Positions 37,201 to 51,364 of a stretch of 64,000 nt of DNA are shown one piece after another. A model generated the notes under the pieces. That model worked only from the letters and a program-made list of their open reading frames with translations, made no database searches and had not been told where the DNA came from. The first letter of the stretch is position 1, and each line of letters opens with the position of its first letter. The DNA lies in assembly GCF_018977255.1 (NCBI RefSeq), contig NW_024704742.1:117988001-118052000 (forward strand), read 5' to 3'. Source of the DNA: Callorhinchus milii. Its lineage: Eukaryota. The position numbers were made by a program, and so were the translations under genes.

Positions 37201-38819
37201 ATGTTGTGTGTTAACCCACAACCGGTAGCAGTACCAGAGAACTTGGATCCACAGTCTCCGAGAGCCCGACCACTGCAAAACACTGACCTCGGGGACCAAT
37301 AATAGCACAACACTTCCTTGTATTAATCTGTATGTTCACATCTTAAATACTGAACACGGTTCTGCCCTTTGGCTAAAGTTGAGCTGTTGACCTTAACTTG
37401 CTATTTATATGTTGCAACATTTTAATGTTACATCACAACATTTAAACGACAGCAGCAAAGATGTTTTGAGAACGTGTAAGAGTGCTTTTTTTTTAAAAAA
37501 AGAACACACATTAATTTCCAACGTTGCACCAATTCGACGTGGCTGTGCGATCTATTCTAATGATCATCACTATATTTTTACTTTGTGGATTGATGCGGAG
37601 CTAAATCATATTTTTTCACGATCCAGTAAAACAGGACACTTCAGTGCATTCTGAGTTTCTGTTGGACTAATGTTTCAAACGTTTGGGTATTTTTCAAGTG
37701 ACGAATGGAACAAGTAATAATTTGATATCTACATCTCATAACGGTGTCTGAGATTTTATGTCAGATTATTCAGAAGGCAGAGTTCCCTAAAACTATTTTA
37801 TATGTGGACTGATGGTTCAGTATGATCGGATTTGGTAAATAATTATAGCTCATATCCAATTTGGCAATCACAGTGTTTTTGTAAAGGATTACTGATATTC
37901 CTAAGTGACCTCTGAATCCTTTCCCATGGTCTTGATGGACTCAAATTTATCTAGTTGTATTTTTCTCATTAATTTCAGTCACAAATATTTATTCTTTGAA
38001 GCTGCAAGCAAAATGGTTTGCGCACTTCAACTTGAGTAAAGTGAACAGCTATTTTCAAAATCACTGTAGTAGCTCAACCATTTACAGAAGGATGTGAAGC
38101 GTGGTTTATGTTCGGTAACAGTCCAACATAAATAGTTAATTTTTAGAATGAAATATGATGTGCTTTCTTGTGTTCTTGTACTTGGCAGCATTTCTTGGAA
38201 CTATCGACGTTGTCAGAAGTACAATCTGAAGCTAAATTGAATCCGATTCACAAATGCAATGGTATGAAGTGCAATGGTATAAAATGGTTTCATGTTTAAC
38301 AAACAAGCAGTTTACAAATGCTACACTTTCTACACGAGAGAGATCAATTTATGTTCATGAATTTTCTGGAAAATTATACAAGACTTTGCAATTTGCTCCA
38401 AATGAAGTTTTTTTCTCTCTCTCCTAGGGTCCACTGGTTCTTCCTAAAGTGTAGTGTCTGTAAAGTAGTACTGTATATAGAACATGAACCAAGCCATTCT
38501 ATAATAAAGGCATCACAGAGAGCATAGTCAGTTTCTTCTTATTCTGTTCAATCCATTTGTTTGCTCTTTCCTTTCCCTTTCCATTCGTTTCCCTTTCTTT
38601 GATTATCCATTCTTCTTTCTCCAAGGGGAAACAAAGTGAAATAACACCACCTAGCACCAGTGGTGAAATAGAATTGTTTGCCAATTGATCCATTTTACAC
38701 GTGGTCTATCTTTAAGTAGACAAATGGAACTTTTGGGCATAACCGCAGTTTTTATGCATTTGCTTTTGTTATATTTGTGAAATCACAAAACATTGCTTGA
38801 GATCAGAAGATATTTCGTC

Positions 38820-39400
38820 ACAAGGAAGGCTACAGATGCAGAATGGATTGGAATATTTAAAAAAGGTATAGAAAAATACTTGGAAAGTAGGTTATAAGAT
38901 ATGGAGAAAAGGTTGACAATGGAATTAAAAGTTTTATAATGATCCAATAAAATGGAAGAATAGGCTCAATGGGCTGAATGACCTACCCTTGTTCTCATGT
39001 TACTAAAGTTACCACGTCTTGTTTGAAAATAGTGTCAAGATATCATCTTTACTTCCTGAAACTGTATCATGGTTTCCAATGTTTTGATTCTTGACTGGGA
39101 AATGACCCAGTAGTACAATGCGAGTAAAATGATAGTTACAATACCAGAAAGAATATAAATGGAGACAGTAGATAGATGATCATTCTTTTATTGCTATAAA
39201 TAAATTGATTCCACCTTGATTCCACCTTCAATAAAAACTTTGAAGAGAGAAGTAGATAATTATTTGTGGTGGACAAGTTTACAGGGCTATGGGGAGAGCG
39301 CGGGGGAATGGGGTTGAATTGGAGAGCTCTTTTCAAAGAGCCGGCACAGACATGATGGGTCGAATGGCCTCCTTCTGTGCCATATAATTCTATGATTCTT
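38820..39400 (+). mobile_element. Two CR1-type 3' end fragments (about 38820-39000 and 39240-39400)
   Basis: atgggctgaatgacct..., and aagagccggcacagacatgatgggtcgaatggcctccttctgtgcc...attctatgattct (CR1 ATTCTRTG-type tail). Confidence 0.75.
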
Positions 39401-39936
39401 TCACCATTAGAAATGGATGTTTCAAAGAAAATTCCCATTACCTTTTCTCTACCAATTTTCACTTCCAATTTCCTCCCCTCCTATGCTCTTCTCAAAGCAT
39501 TTCACTTACTTATTTCCCTTTAACTGGAGGAATAGTTCCAAAGGCATTTGCCATTCTTCAGTACTTCCCATTATAGCCAGGCCACAAACCTGACAACAGA
39601 TCTGGAAGGAGATTGAGGCCAAAGACAATATTGTCAGCGCCACCCAAACAACTTATATAGAAGTGATAAAAAAGGTCAATCACCTCAATAGGAATGTGAA
39701 AGTAAGAACATCAATATGTTGTTGTAAAAGGCATCCTTTGTAAAGAAAGTCACCGGCTTTTAGGAGTCTACATAAATGAATCCTTAACATGCATACAGTA
39801 ATACTTATCAATTAGTACCACTACAAATTGCTAGATATGTAAAGGCAGTCCACGGATAAGGTTAGAGCATAAAGCACTTCAGGGGTGAGAAGAAAAAAGA
39901 GCAGGAATTGTTGCCACGTAATAAAACTTGAGAAGG

Positions 39937-40060
39937 ATAATAATAATAATCCTTGTATTTGATATAGCGTTTTTCACGTCTTCTAGACGTCTCAAAGTGC
40001 TTCACAGTATATGCTGTAAAGTAAATTGACTGTATATTTGTGGGCAAAAGATTTGCAAAG
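39937..40060 (-). mobile_element. SINE 3' fragment
   Basis: (aat)n ccttgtatttgatatagcg... Confidence 0.85.
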
Positions 40061-40918
40061 TGTAGCAGTAATGGCAAAGAGGATGGAAGAGCCAGATGAC
40101 AATGCCATTGCAGGCATCAGGGCACCTGAGCTGGATTGATGAATGGCGGATTGAACAACAGACATGAGCAGTCTTCGATTTTTGCCATGCCAGTGACTGT
40201 GCAGTTGAGGGAGTGACCATGATCCTAGCCCTGCTCCCCCCACCCCTCCCCAACCCACCACCACCCTCCCCCACTACCACACACACACACACACATAACT
40301 TTGCTACCATTATCTCCTCCACTTTATAAAGAGACAGTGATGTGCCACTGGAAGGCCAGAAGGGGTTTAGAAAGTCATAGCTGGCGCTCCTCCTTTGGAT
40401 CTGCCAGGCACCTAAATGAGGAATGGATTATGTGTCGGCCACAAGTTGTCATAGGGTGCTGTGTGAATGCAGGTTCTCAAAGAAACGTTGAAAACGCTGG
40501 GGCCAAAACAAATTACCACCCCTCCGTGACACCACAAGCTTTTGGTTTCTTCAACAGATAGTATGATAGGTACATCATTCAGTTGGTTGTATTCTCCTTC
40601 TAAGTCATAAGGTTATTGGTTCAAGCCCCATGTCGGAATGTTAAACTCACAATCCAAATAATAAAGTATAGTTGAGACACTTCAAAAGAAATGCATGTTG
40701 TTGGCATACGAAATTACCAATTTCCATGAAAATCTCTCAAAACACGCCAACTTTGAGGCCCTTTCCTTGGGTTGGCCACTGGTAACAGATTCCAAAATCC
40801 TGTACATTTGATATGTATAGCTAGATAGTCCATCCTACTTTACTCCCAAATTAGGTCATAAATGTTCAACTCACTGTCACTCGAGTAGATTTCACTCATC
40901 ATTCATATACAGTGGTAT

Positions 40919-41172
40919 ATTTCTTCTTTTCTTATGATGAATTCACCTGAATAATCAAGTCCTGACCCTTGACTGTCCAGCGCCTTGGGACGTCTTCTTG
41001 ATGTGAAGGGCGCTCTATAAATGTAATTTTGTTATTGCTGTAGAGAATTTTTTTTTGTTAAAGCAGGGTAAACCTGTTCCAAGGCTGTTTTAAAACAGGT
41101 CAGCTGTTTCAAAACAGAAAGCAAAAAAGGATTGATTATTCAGGTGAATTCATCATGAGAAATAGAAGAAAT
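40919..41172. repeat. About 44-bp inverted repeat enclosing an L2 3' tail (about 40960-41042)
   Basis: atttcttcttttcttatgatgaattcacctgaataatcaa vs ttgattattcaggtgaattcatcatgagaaatagaagaaat. Confidence 0.9.
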
Positions 41173-42049
41173 CATCAGGTTTGATCATTAGAAATAATTT
41201 ATGATTCAATGTTCCTTCATAACAATGAGAGTGGACAGCAATTTCTTGGTTTGATCATTAGACAGCCATTTACCAACTACAATTCAATAAAAATGACTGC
41301 AAATTTTAGCTCTAGCTACTGGAAACAAATAATGAAAGCCCATTGTGCCTTCAAATTAAAAATCTGGCAGAATTGTGCAAAAATCATGAGTTCATTCTTG
41401 ATGTGAAAGCAGATTCTTTTTAGGGAATGCAAAAAAATGGATTTCCAGTTAAGATTAACTCGGAGAATTTTCTACAATTTTCAGTGATCTTAAATGTTAT
41501 GACAAAATGGTCTTGAGAGGCTAGGTCTAAGTGGAATTTTGGACCTTAAAACTCTGGTAAAAACATTAGTGAAATGACAGGAAAGTCAACTAGGGGCCTG
41601 ATTCTGGCCTAACTGAACAAACCTGGGGATACCAAATCAAACCAAAGGCAAACTTGACCTGATACATACTGAGGAACAGGAAAATACACCATAATAATAA
41701 TCCTTGCATTCAATATAGTGCCTTATATTATGTTGAATTCATAGATACAAGAGTTTTCTTGATATATCAGTGAAAATTGTTATTACAAGTTGTAAATATT
41801 ATTTAATAGAAACGTTTAGTTTGTATTATAGGAGAGTAAACCTATCCTTTCCAGGGAACTTTTAAATTTGTAGTTTTTTATATAACAATAGACAAACTAC
41901 TACCGTATTCCATCCAGTCTATCTTCCTCTACTCCGACTGTGAATTAGCTACAGTGACGCACACACACAGCAGTGAAAAATCATATTGTTAGCACATTAG
42001 ATGCTACCTGGATTTCTGGATCAGACTGCTGGTTTGGGAGAAAGAAATA

Positions 42050-42300
42050 AATAGATGTCCACAGTTCCCTCAGTTCACCAAATTAAAAACAGCAGCCTGG
42101 TGAGTTCACGGCAGCGCTGTCTGCTGTCAATGTTTCTTTTTCAAAAAAAAGTTTTTAATCATTTGACAGATTGTTGGTGATAAATTTGCAATATTAATGA
42201 TCTTTCCGGAAGGACTATTAAGTATGAAATACCTTATGCTGTTGTCGTAGTACCAATAAAAAGGCAGATTTACATGAATATCATTTTAAATATACCACCA
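42050..42300. promoter_or_regulatory. Candidate Meis/Pbx-Hox enhancer
   Basis: CTGTCA 42124, TGACAG 42164, TGATAAAT 42178. Confidence 0.4.
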
Positions 42301-42823
42301 GAATGGTGATATTACACCAGAATATACTGATCAATCTGGAGTTGTTGTTCCTGCAGTGCTACATGTTAGTTCCTTGAAAAGCAGCAGTCTGGGTGTAGAG
42401 TTACATTGTGCCAGCTAAAGTATAGCAGTTGGAGTTGTCATATTGTAAATGAACTCTAGACAAAACTGCTTATCAATACTGCAGTCTTCCAAACCCACAC
42501 TGTTAAGTAGATTTTCAGTATGTTTGGGCAACTAAAGTGCACAACAGGCTCTGTATTCCTGCAAAACACCCCTACCTGTGCAATTCATAGTAGAGCTTCA
42601 GGTTTTAGATGGAACCAAAGCAAATCTAACTGTGTGGGTACAAGTGAGGCTGCATTTTGTAATGCCTTCTCATTAATACAACACTGGTGCTGTTATTCTA
42701 CTGTTACAACAGCAGCATCATAAATAACTTCCGTAATAATTTTGTAATATCATTTACTGTCAATAAATGAAATCTGTTCAAAAATGTAATATCAACAAAA
42801 TGGTATTTTTGTACATTCATCTA

Positions 42824-42997
42824 CAGTAAACTCTTGATAATTCGACTCTGCTTAACTTGTCACTACCACTTAAGTCATCATGCTCAATATCCTGGCTGCA
42901 TTTATTTATGTATTTATACATATGCCTAACCGACTACTCTGGATAACTCGTTACTGAGCCCTTTTCCCTTGGAGTGGAGTTAATCAGGAGTTTACTA
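42824..42997. mobile_element. MITE, Tc1/mariner-pogo (Tigger-like), TA target duplication
   Basis: TA|CAGTAAACTCTTGATAATTC ... GAGTTAATCAGGAGTTTACTA|TA terminal inverted repeats. Confidence 0.75.
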
Positions 42998-43059
42998 TAT
43001 TTACTCGCATCCTGTTCTTAAAAGCTCGTCTCTGAACATATTATTTTTACAAAATTGCG

Positions 43060-43360
43060 TTCAGGTCCCAGATCGGAACTCTGAGCTCACAGTTTAGGCT
43101 GACACTCAACTGCAGCACTGGGGGCAAACTGCACTGTCAGAGCTGGCATCCTGCAGGATCTCATCTGCATCATTTTGCAACTTAAAATGTATTGCACCAA
43201 CATTTCACATGTATTTAGTGCCTTTTGGGTGTCCGTTGGATGAAATGTTAAAACAAGGTCCCTTCTGCTTGTTCAGGTGGGCATTAAAGATTCCATGGCA
43301 CCATTTGAAAAGAAAAGGAAGTTTATTCTGGTTTCCTGGCCAACAATACCCCCAAAATAA
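43060..43360 (+). mobile_element. Deu-domain SINE, interrupted
   Basis: aggctgacactcaactgcagcactg...ggatgaaatgttaaaacaaggtccc...aagattccatggcacc. Confidence 0.7.
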
Positions 43361-43619
43361 AAAAAAGATGGGTGGATGGTGGTTGAGATGATAGCTAGAG
43401 ATGCAGGATGGAGTTCCAGAGGTTGGGACAGATTTTGGGTTGTATTGGGCTGTTGACATGAAGTGGGCTGGTGTTTACCTGTACATTTGAAAATGCACTT
43501 TTAGACAGTCATTTAAAACAAATAGAAAATAATGCCAAAGATAAATTTGTCAATTCAGTAAAGTTTTGATCAAAGCGTTCCACAGAATATATTGTAAAGT
43601 GAATTGACTGTGTATATTG

Positions 43620-44350
43620 ACAGTTCCTGCTCTACGAGCCAGCTTCAAACCCTGAAAAGGCTGGGGTGGGGGTGATTCAGATCGACCTTGAAAACCTCTT
43701 GCTCTGTCTGTGTTGTGGTTGCTGTAAGTGGACAGCGGCCAGGAGCAGTGCTGACGCCCTGTTATTTGCTGCTGTGGATGCCAACTCTGTTTGCACATTA
43801 ATCCAGTGACAATTAGGTGCCAGCGAGCGACGGTGCTGCTTGATGATAGCCTTGGGCTGTGTGCTTGAAGCCCTAATCAGGAGTGTAAACTCTGCTATAT
43901 TTCAATTTGGAGAAGCGCTCTTCCGCTTAGAGGCCCGTGGCACTGCGATAAATAAAACGCCTATTTACTTCCCCGCCAGCCACACTTAGACATCTAATGC
44001 ACTTACCACCATCCCTCTAATAATAGGCAACATTTAAACCTGGGCATAAATCAGTCTTTTCTGTCCAATGATTAGTGAAGCCATTTTGCTAACAACACCT
44101 GACAAAAACAGCTTCCCCTGTTTTTTTAACCCAAATGCAGACAATTTCTTTTTATTTATCAACATGAACAGTGGACGCACTTGCCAATCACATCAAGGGA
44201 AATGAGGTGTACAGCAAAACTTAACGATACAAACTTAATCAGTTGTTGGGTCAATACATTTGGCAACGCATATAAATAAACATCTATTGAAGAAAAGGCA
44301 CAAGTCAGTGTTTCACACACAAAACAAACAAATAGGCAGCAGTAACCTTC
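43620..44350. promoter_or_regulatory. Candidate non-coding enhancer
   Basis: unique CpG-containing block with TAATC, TGACA, CCAAT motifs. Confidence 0.35.
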
Positions 44351-46574
44351 CTGAGTGTGTGGACACCTAGAGAGGGTGAAATTACAAGTTATCTCCCAGA
44401 TCGAAGGACAACCAAGGGAGAAAGGGAATTGGAAAGCGAGAATAGCAAATGTAGAGCCTTGGGGGGAAACACAAGATTTACAGTTGGGTTAGAAAAGGCA
44501 AAGGTACAAATAAACAACCAAATCTCTCTGAACATTTTATTGTTGTCCTGTGCAGTATGCTATCAGTTTGCCATTAAATATTTTGTTTAACATGCAACCA
44601 CTGGTTTCGGAAACAAAATAAAGCTTTAGAGGGACAGATCGTTTATAAACTGTAAATCAATACAGTACAACCCTCCACAAAACGAAGAAATGAGTGGAAA
44701 TGACAATATAGACATTCATTAAACAGTTAGTGTTAACAAGCAGTCAGAATACACCAGATATGCCCTTGATAAGTGACCAGAGACATAAACGGTGCAGGGC
44801 TGCCCATGTTGAACACAGGAATCCATGCAGTTTAGAATAGTACAGTATCCGTTTTTACCTATTTGAAGCTGTCACCTACATCACTTTATGTTCTTAAATC
44901 TATGCACGCAGCTTTATTAGTGCCCGTTATTTCCTTTGTCTTTGTTTATTAAGTATTATGCCAGTAAATATTATTCCCACACAGGTCCATGCAATGAAAC
45001 AGAAAGATAGATAGCAAGAAGATGTGATAGAGATAGGGGAACAGAAACAGTGACATATACATGCTTGGTGCAATACTAGGGAGTATGTATTCCTTTTTAC
45101 AGGGCATTGATAAGCCGGATGTCCAAAATAGTTTTATTACCTCAGTTTAGTATCATGATGATTCAACACAAGTGCTTCATAAAAGATTGAGATCTACAAT
45201 ACAAAAAAAAACAGTAAGAATGTTGATAAGAGCAAAAAGGGACAAGGATTTGTAACATGTACAGAGCTGCAGTTATGTTAAACTATGGCTATAATGTGTG
45301 ATTTCAAAATTATCATGGTGTGTCCAACATTGGGAATGTTCATTTTAGAAAATAAAAGTTACTTTTATAAATGCATTTGGTATTTAATATATTTTTCTAT
45401 TTTCTCCTCCTATGAATATGGCATGAAATATAATACAATGAAATATGAAATATGTGGTGGAGTCATGGGAGATGACAAATATCCCCCCCCTCCCCCAGTA
45501 ATGTAGAAACACATAATGTATCTTCACCTTACAAAAGCTAGTGAAATCCACAGCCTCTCTTTGCTTGAAAAACAACTTTTTGATAACTTCCTTCTAAGGC
45601 ATGGATGCATTACAATTGACGGCATCATTCTCACTAATGTGGACATTATATAATGAATAAAATAGTGCAAATGGCACGTGCAAGTATAAAGAAAAGCATC
45701 AGTTTACTATTCTCCAGTTTCTTATATATTTTCCATGATTGGTTTGGACGCAGCAGTCTAGTCAGTCATGCTTTCCCTGGTTTCTTGACCTGTCTTCAGT
45801 CTTCACTTCTAATCTCCTAAAACGGGGTGGATTTACGTGAAGTACTGCACATAATCTCTATTGAAACATTTCCTTATGACAAATGCTTACAGGCCCTCCC
45901 AATTAAAGGCGAGTCGGTTTCCATTCCCTGTGTACAATCAGAAACCACTGGGGAGATCATGTAAACAAAGAAATGGTTTAACGCGTTTCATTTTCAATAG
46001 TGCCAATCGGCCACGATTTCCTTTTAATTCTTAGATGGATCTCAGGTGGAATTACATGGATTAAAGGAGAGAGCAAATGAGGCGAGTGTATAAAATTACT
46101 CTGAGAGAGAGAGAAAAAAAACTCTGCATGTTCCGTGCTCCAGAAATGAGATGCACATTTAAATCTCATCCATTCACCGCCTGTGGCCACAAGCATGTAC
46201 CTGCCTGCTTAGCCTGAGGGTTAATTAATTGAGGCTTCAGAGGACTATTGGAAGAGCATTATTGCATTTGATACTCTACATCTGTGATTTAAAACTCTTT
46301 CAGCCCCTGTTCACAAGGGAGGATTTTTAACAAGGAAATTAGCATTCAGCTTAGAGTATGGCATAGAAGCAGGGAAGAGATGGACATATTAATGATGCTG
46401 CTGTGCCAACGCGCCATATCATCCTGACCCCTTTCTCAGTACAGCTACACTAACCAGATAGCCCTGGGGATGTTATACACAATGGCACTTCCTAATAAAT
46501 ATTCTAATTGTAAAAATTAATTGACTGGAAGCTTCATATATATATTACACAATACATATATATTAAACTATCTA

Positions 46575-46825
46575 ATAATAATCCTTGGATTTGATATAAT
46601 GCCTTATCCAGTTGTTGTCTCAAAGTGCTTTACAGGATACACTGGAAAGTGAATTGACTGTATTTTGTGGGCGAAACACGGCAGCCAATTGCGCACAGCT
46701 GTGTCCCACAAATTGTTGTGGCTTGAGTGACCACTTTTTTTTTGAGGGATTATTACCCCCGGAAAGCGATCTGCCAATCGACTAACAAAGAGTTCCTCCT
46801 TACTGCTAGGTAAACCGAGGCTTAA
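46575..46825 (-). mobile_element. SINE, long subfamily, 5'-truncated
   Basis: ccccggaaagcgatctgccaatcgacta = reverse of the central block of the 62513 copy. Confidence 0.85.
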
Positions 46826-49800
46826 CACTTTTATATAAGAAAAGCATGGAAGCCTTGGGAAGAATTTCCAATTTGTACATTACATGTACATTAATGTACA
46901 GTGCCAATCTACATTTCTACAATAAGAGCTGATCCAATGAAGCTTCCAAATGTTCACCAATCAGATTGTTCCAGACAAGAAACTGAATATTTGTTTCTTT
47001 TCTAAAATGGTTACCTAAAAACCTACCTTTTCAACTCTGCTTATGGTCTCCTCCCACTTCCCCCTCACATGGTGTCCAACTTCGTCCTTGTGAAGCGCTC
47101 TGAGATGTTATCCCACATGAAGGACACTGGATAAGTACTAGCTGTTGTTGTTTGATAGATGACTTTTATTAAACTCGATGCCCTCATTGTTGCCAGATGG
47201 CCATTGATGTGTGTAATTGAACAAGCACAACTTTTAAAAACATTGCATTCAAAGGATGGCACCTCCAACAGTGCAACACACCCACGCCCCTCTACTGGAG
47301 TGTCAGCCTGGACTATGTGAGTCCATAGACTTGAAATAGAACTTTAATAAGATTTTATTTTGTCTACGAAAATATGTCTTTTTCTATGTATTTAAGTCAT
47401 CTCCTTATTTTCTATATAAGAATTCAGTTAAAGGTCAAGGTACCAAAATTAAACATAATGTATGGAACTGTGGAAAACGTCTTAATGATAAAGAAACCTG
47501 AGATAGAAGCACATACCAGGAGCATTAAGGGATGCACCAGTACGTATTCTCAGATTAGATAGTACAAAGGGCCTTCTTCATCCAAATTAATCTTGTGATT
47601 TTGTGACAAACAAAATTATTGTTGCCTACAGAAGAAATTAATTTTCAAATATTGATAGCGGGTGATCATAATCTAATACATGTATGTATTTGGTAAATGT
47701 AGATGGATGTTATAAATCAAGACATTAATTGTATTGGAAGTGTGCAATGTAATTCTTGGATATTGTAGAACTACACATATGGTGGTGTGGCGTGCAGTAG
47801 TTTAGATTGGCAACAGTCAGTACGTGAGACAGATTGCTTAGTTAACATGTCATGTCACTGCAGGAGTACAGTATGTGGGCAGAGGCCAGTGTTGGGAGGG
47901 AGAAGAGAGTTTGAGGAAAAGTGACCATCGTGAAGTTCCTATAACATACCTCCTGATGCCAGTTCAGAGTTACAGTGGCAGAGACCTGGAAAGGTGACAT
48001 TGACACATCCATTCAGCTGCAGTGGGTGAGTTGTCTGCAAAGATTAAGAAAAATAACTACAGAAAAAGATGTTTCTCAACTCCCTAAACATAATAGGTTG
48101 CAAAATACAACATTTCAATGTTTCCCAAACTAATAGTTTATAATAATCCTTGTGTTTAATGTAGTGCTTTATCATATTGAATCAGACATAAAAGATCCTA
48201 TACAATAAGAACTGGTGGCCAGACTGCGTTGTGAAATGCTTTGGGATGTCCTCACAACGTACAAGCCGCCTCTAATGTAAATTTGTATTGTATATAATGA
48301 TAATTATTGCACTTGATATATCAGGAGAATGCCTCAAATCATTTAACATGATTTACTGAAAAGTGTAGTGACCGTGTATTTTGTAGGTGAACTATAGCAA
48401 ATTAAAGAATTACTGTTATTATTATAAACATCTCAAAGTTCTTTACATTGGTTACTCTTAAGTGCTCTGAGACTCTACCCATGTGGAGCACGCTACATAA
48501 GTGCAAGTTGTTGTTAAGTTGTTGAAGTGTAGTGACTGTTATATATGTAATGGGGTGAAAAATATGTTTCGACCATATTTGATATGCTATGTATCTCATT
48601 GAACACCCCTGTGACTTTAGCGCACTGGGTTAGGTCAGAAGATTTCTGTGCTATTAATAGATGAATCACCAGATTGCTATCAATTGAGTTAAACTTTATC
48701 CTTACCCTTTTGGTTGATCAACTAAATGAATTTTTCTTGATTGAATTTTTCTTACTTTATGACTGTGTCATGGGTATCTTGGCTCAGTAGCTAGTGGAAA
48801 CAAGGTATTGATTTAACATGGACTTGCCTGGACTGATGCGAATGTTTGGCAGGCCAATTATTGATGCCCCAAAAGTGGTCCATGGTCCAAGCATAGAAGT
48901 TTAACTAAATCGGGTGACGCATCTGATCTTGCAAACAAGAATTTATGTGCTATTGTTGTTAGGCACAAATCCCAAATGGTGTTTGAATAGATCATTCAGT
49001 ACAACTCACTGTATCAAAGTTATAGGGGTGCTCAGAGCAGCTGCTTTTCTTAATAGAATCTATCATGTGGAATCTATTATTTGTCCACAAAATGCACAGA
49101 GTCACAGCACTTTACAGTATATAGTGTATCCTCTGAGCCGCTTTGAGATATCTCGACAATGTGATAAGGTGTTATACCAAATGCAAACATTATTATTTTA
49201 TTATTATGTAATGTTAGATTTTTCACCACTTGTATGACAATATTTTCAAGCCTAATGGATTTTTTGGAAATGCTTGTAATTTAAGATATTACTATTTTCT
49301 GGGACACGGTAACATGCAGAATATAGTTTTATAAGAACTGATAGGTTAATAGGCATTGAACAGCTTGTTAAAATAGAGTAAAACAAGAAGCTTCTTAGAA
49401 ATACTGATGGATGTCCTTTAATCAGATGTATGTTAACTAAATGAATTCCTAGTAAAGTCTGCAAGTACATAATGTAGTAATGTATTTAATTCAGTCTTAT
49501 GCCAAAGCATATGAATATCAACAGCAATAGATGATGCACACATTCTAAATTCATTAGTTTGTAATTCTGTCTTTCATATCCACCATACAGATAAATCACT
49601 CATATCTGAGGATATTACAGACACACTAACCAAACCACCATCAGTGCGTCAGAAGAGAAAGTGGATAATGTCGGGAGGACATCAGTGATGCAGGCAGTCA
49701 TCTGACACCCAAGGAGCCCGACACAACCAAGGACATAGAATTCCGTTTGAGGCTCCTTATTGCATTCAACCTTTACAAGGTCATCTTAAAAATACAGCTA

Positions 49801-50479
49801 TCTCAGCCTTCACCTGCAACACATGGAAACACATGTGAATGTTCAAGAATTGTCTCTTCAAATTTACCAATCACCGTGAATCAGTAGAAAGTACAGAAAA
49901 AGTATCCTTGGGGCCTCCACTGGTTGTATAGTAGTGTAATTTACAATGTTGTATCGAACAACAATTGAGTAAAACAGTTTGATACTCTTTGTTACTCCTC
50001 TGTTAACCCAGGTAATGCAGTATCAGCCATACTCTTCCAGAAAGCATAGTTAGACTTTCCTTGGCCAAACGGTGTGATTGTTTACCAACCTCCAGCTCTA
50101 ATAGGGCTGATGGTTAAGAGCTCCGAGACACTGCTCAGCATGAAGGGCGCTATATAACTGCAAGTTGCCATTGTCGTTGATGTGTGCAAGCTCAAGTTGT
50201 GATATTTTTGCCGATGCTCACATTCGTCTGGAGCTGTGATCACCCAGTTAATATAGTAATAATAATAAGTAAGAGTAAAAGCCTTTCTTTTAGTTCAATG
50301 TAGATGTGCTTCTTAAATCATGGATTTTATTTTTTTCACATAGAATGCCCATTTTCATCACTCCTTTATCAAGTTTCTTCGTTGTCAAAATATTATTCAA
50401 CAAAAAGTGAATACTTCTGGTGTGTAGACATAATACAATAGTTTCACTTTCCAATGAGGTGTGTCACACAGGTGTAAGC

Positions 50480-50830
50480 CTTGCTGCAGAGACAGAAGGT
50501 TGTTGGTTAGAACCCCCGTATCTGGACCATAAACTCACATAGTCTAAGATGATGCTCCAGAACAGGGCTGTGGGTATGTTGCAATATTTGGATGCAATAT
50601 TAAACTGAGAGCTCATCTGCTGTTTCACCCAGCGACCTGTGCAATAATTCCTTGGATACAATTGATTCATAATTGATCGTTTACTTCATGGCTGCAAAAT
50701 TGTCGGCCTTGTTTGCCTACAAAATATACATTCATGTCAGTACAATTACTGTGAAACTGTGAAGTACTTTGAAATATCCTCCTGACGTGAAAGATAATAT
50801 ACCAAATGTAAAGATTATTATATTATTATA
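50480..50830 (+). mobile_element. Deu-type SINE, diverged
   Basis: cagaaggttgttggttagaacccc head; tail ctgacgtgaaagataatataccaaatgtaaagattatt. Confidence 0.6.
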
Positions 50831-51364
50831 ATCCTTTTTACCAACTGTAAGTATGTAGATAGTGCCTAACTTTTTTTTAGGAACATAAAGCTTAAATAAA
50901 AATAAAACAAAAATAAAGCTACTCAGATATCAGAGTAGGTTTACTGCTATAATACTAACACAAACCACTAACAAAAACATAAATACATAAAACTAAACAC
51001 ATACAAAATATACTTCAAAGCTTCGTCCTGTTATCACTTTTTTTTACTATTTCCTGTTAATTCTCACTTTTTTTCTATTTACAGAGAATTTTAAGATGTC
51101 TTTCCTACCAATCCACCAGCTTCTCTCCATTATGGAAGTAATTTGTAAAACAAAAGTGACTCATTCGCTCCAACTCTGGTTTTACAAGACAACAAAAAAC
51201 CTAAAAGTCAATACACAGGATTACAACAGAGAATATCATTTTATTGAATGTGTGCAGTAGATTCATAGGCAACCAGGTGGATATTTAACCAAAAGAGAAA
51301 AAATAAGGGAAAGGGTCGTTCCTGGTGAAGGTAACCTTGGGATTGTAGCAAAAACTTAGGTAAA

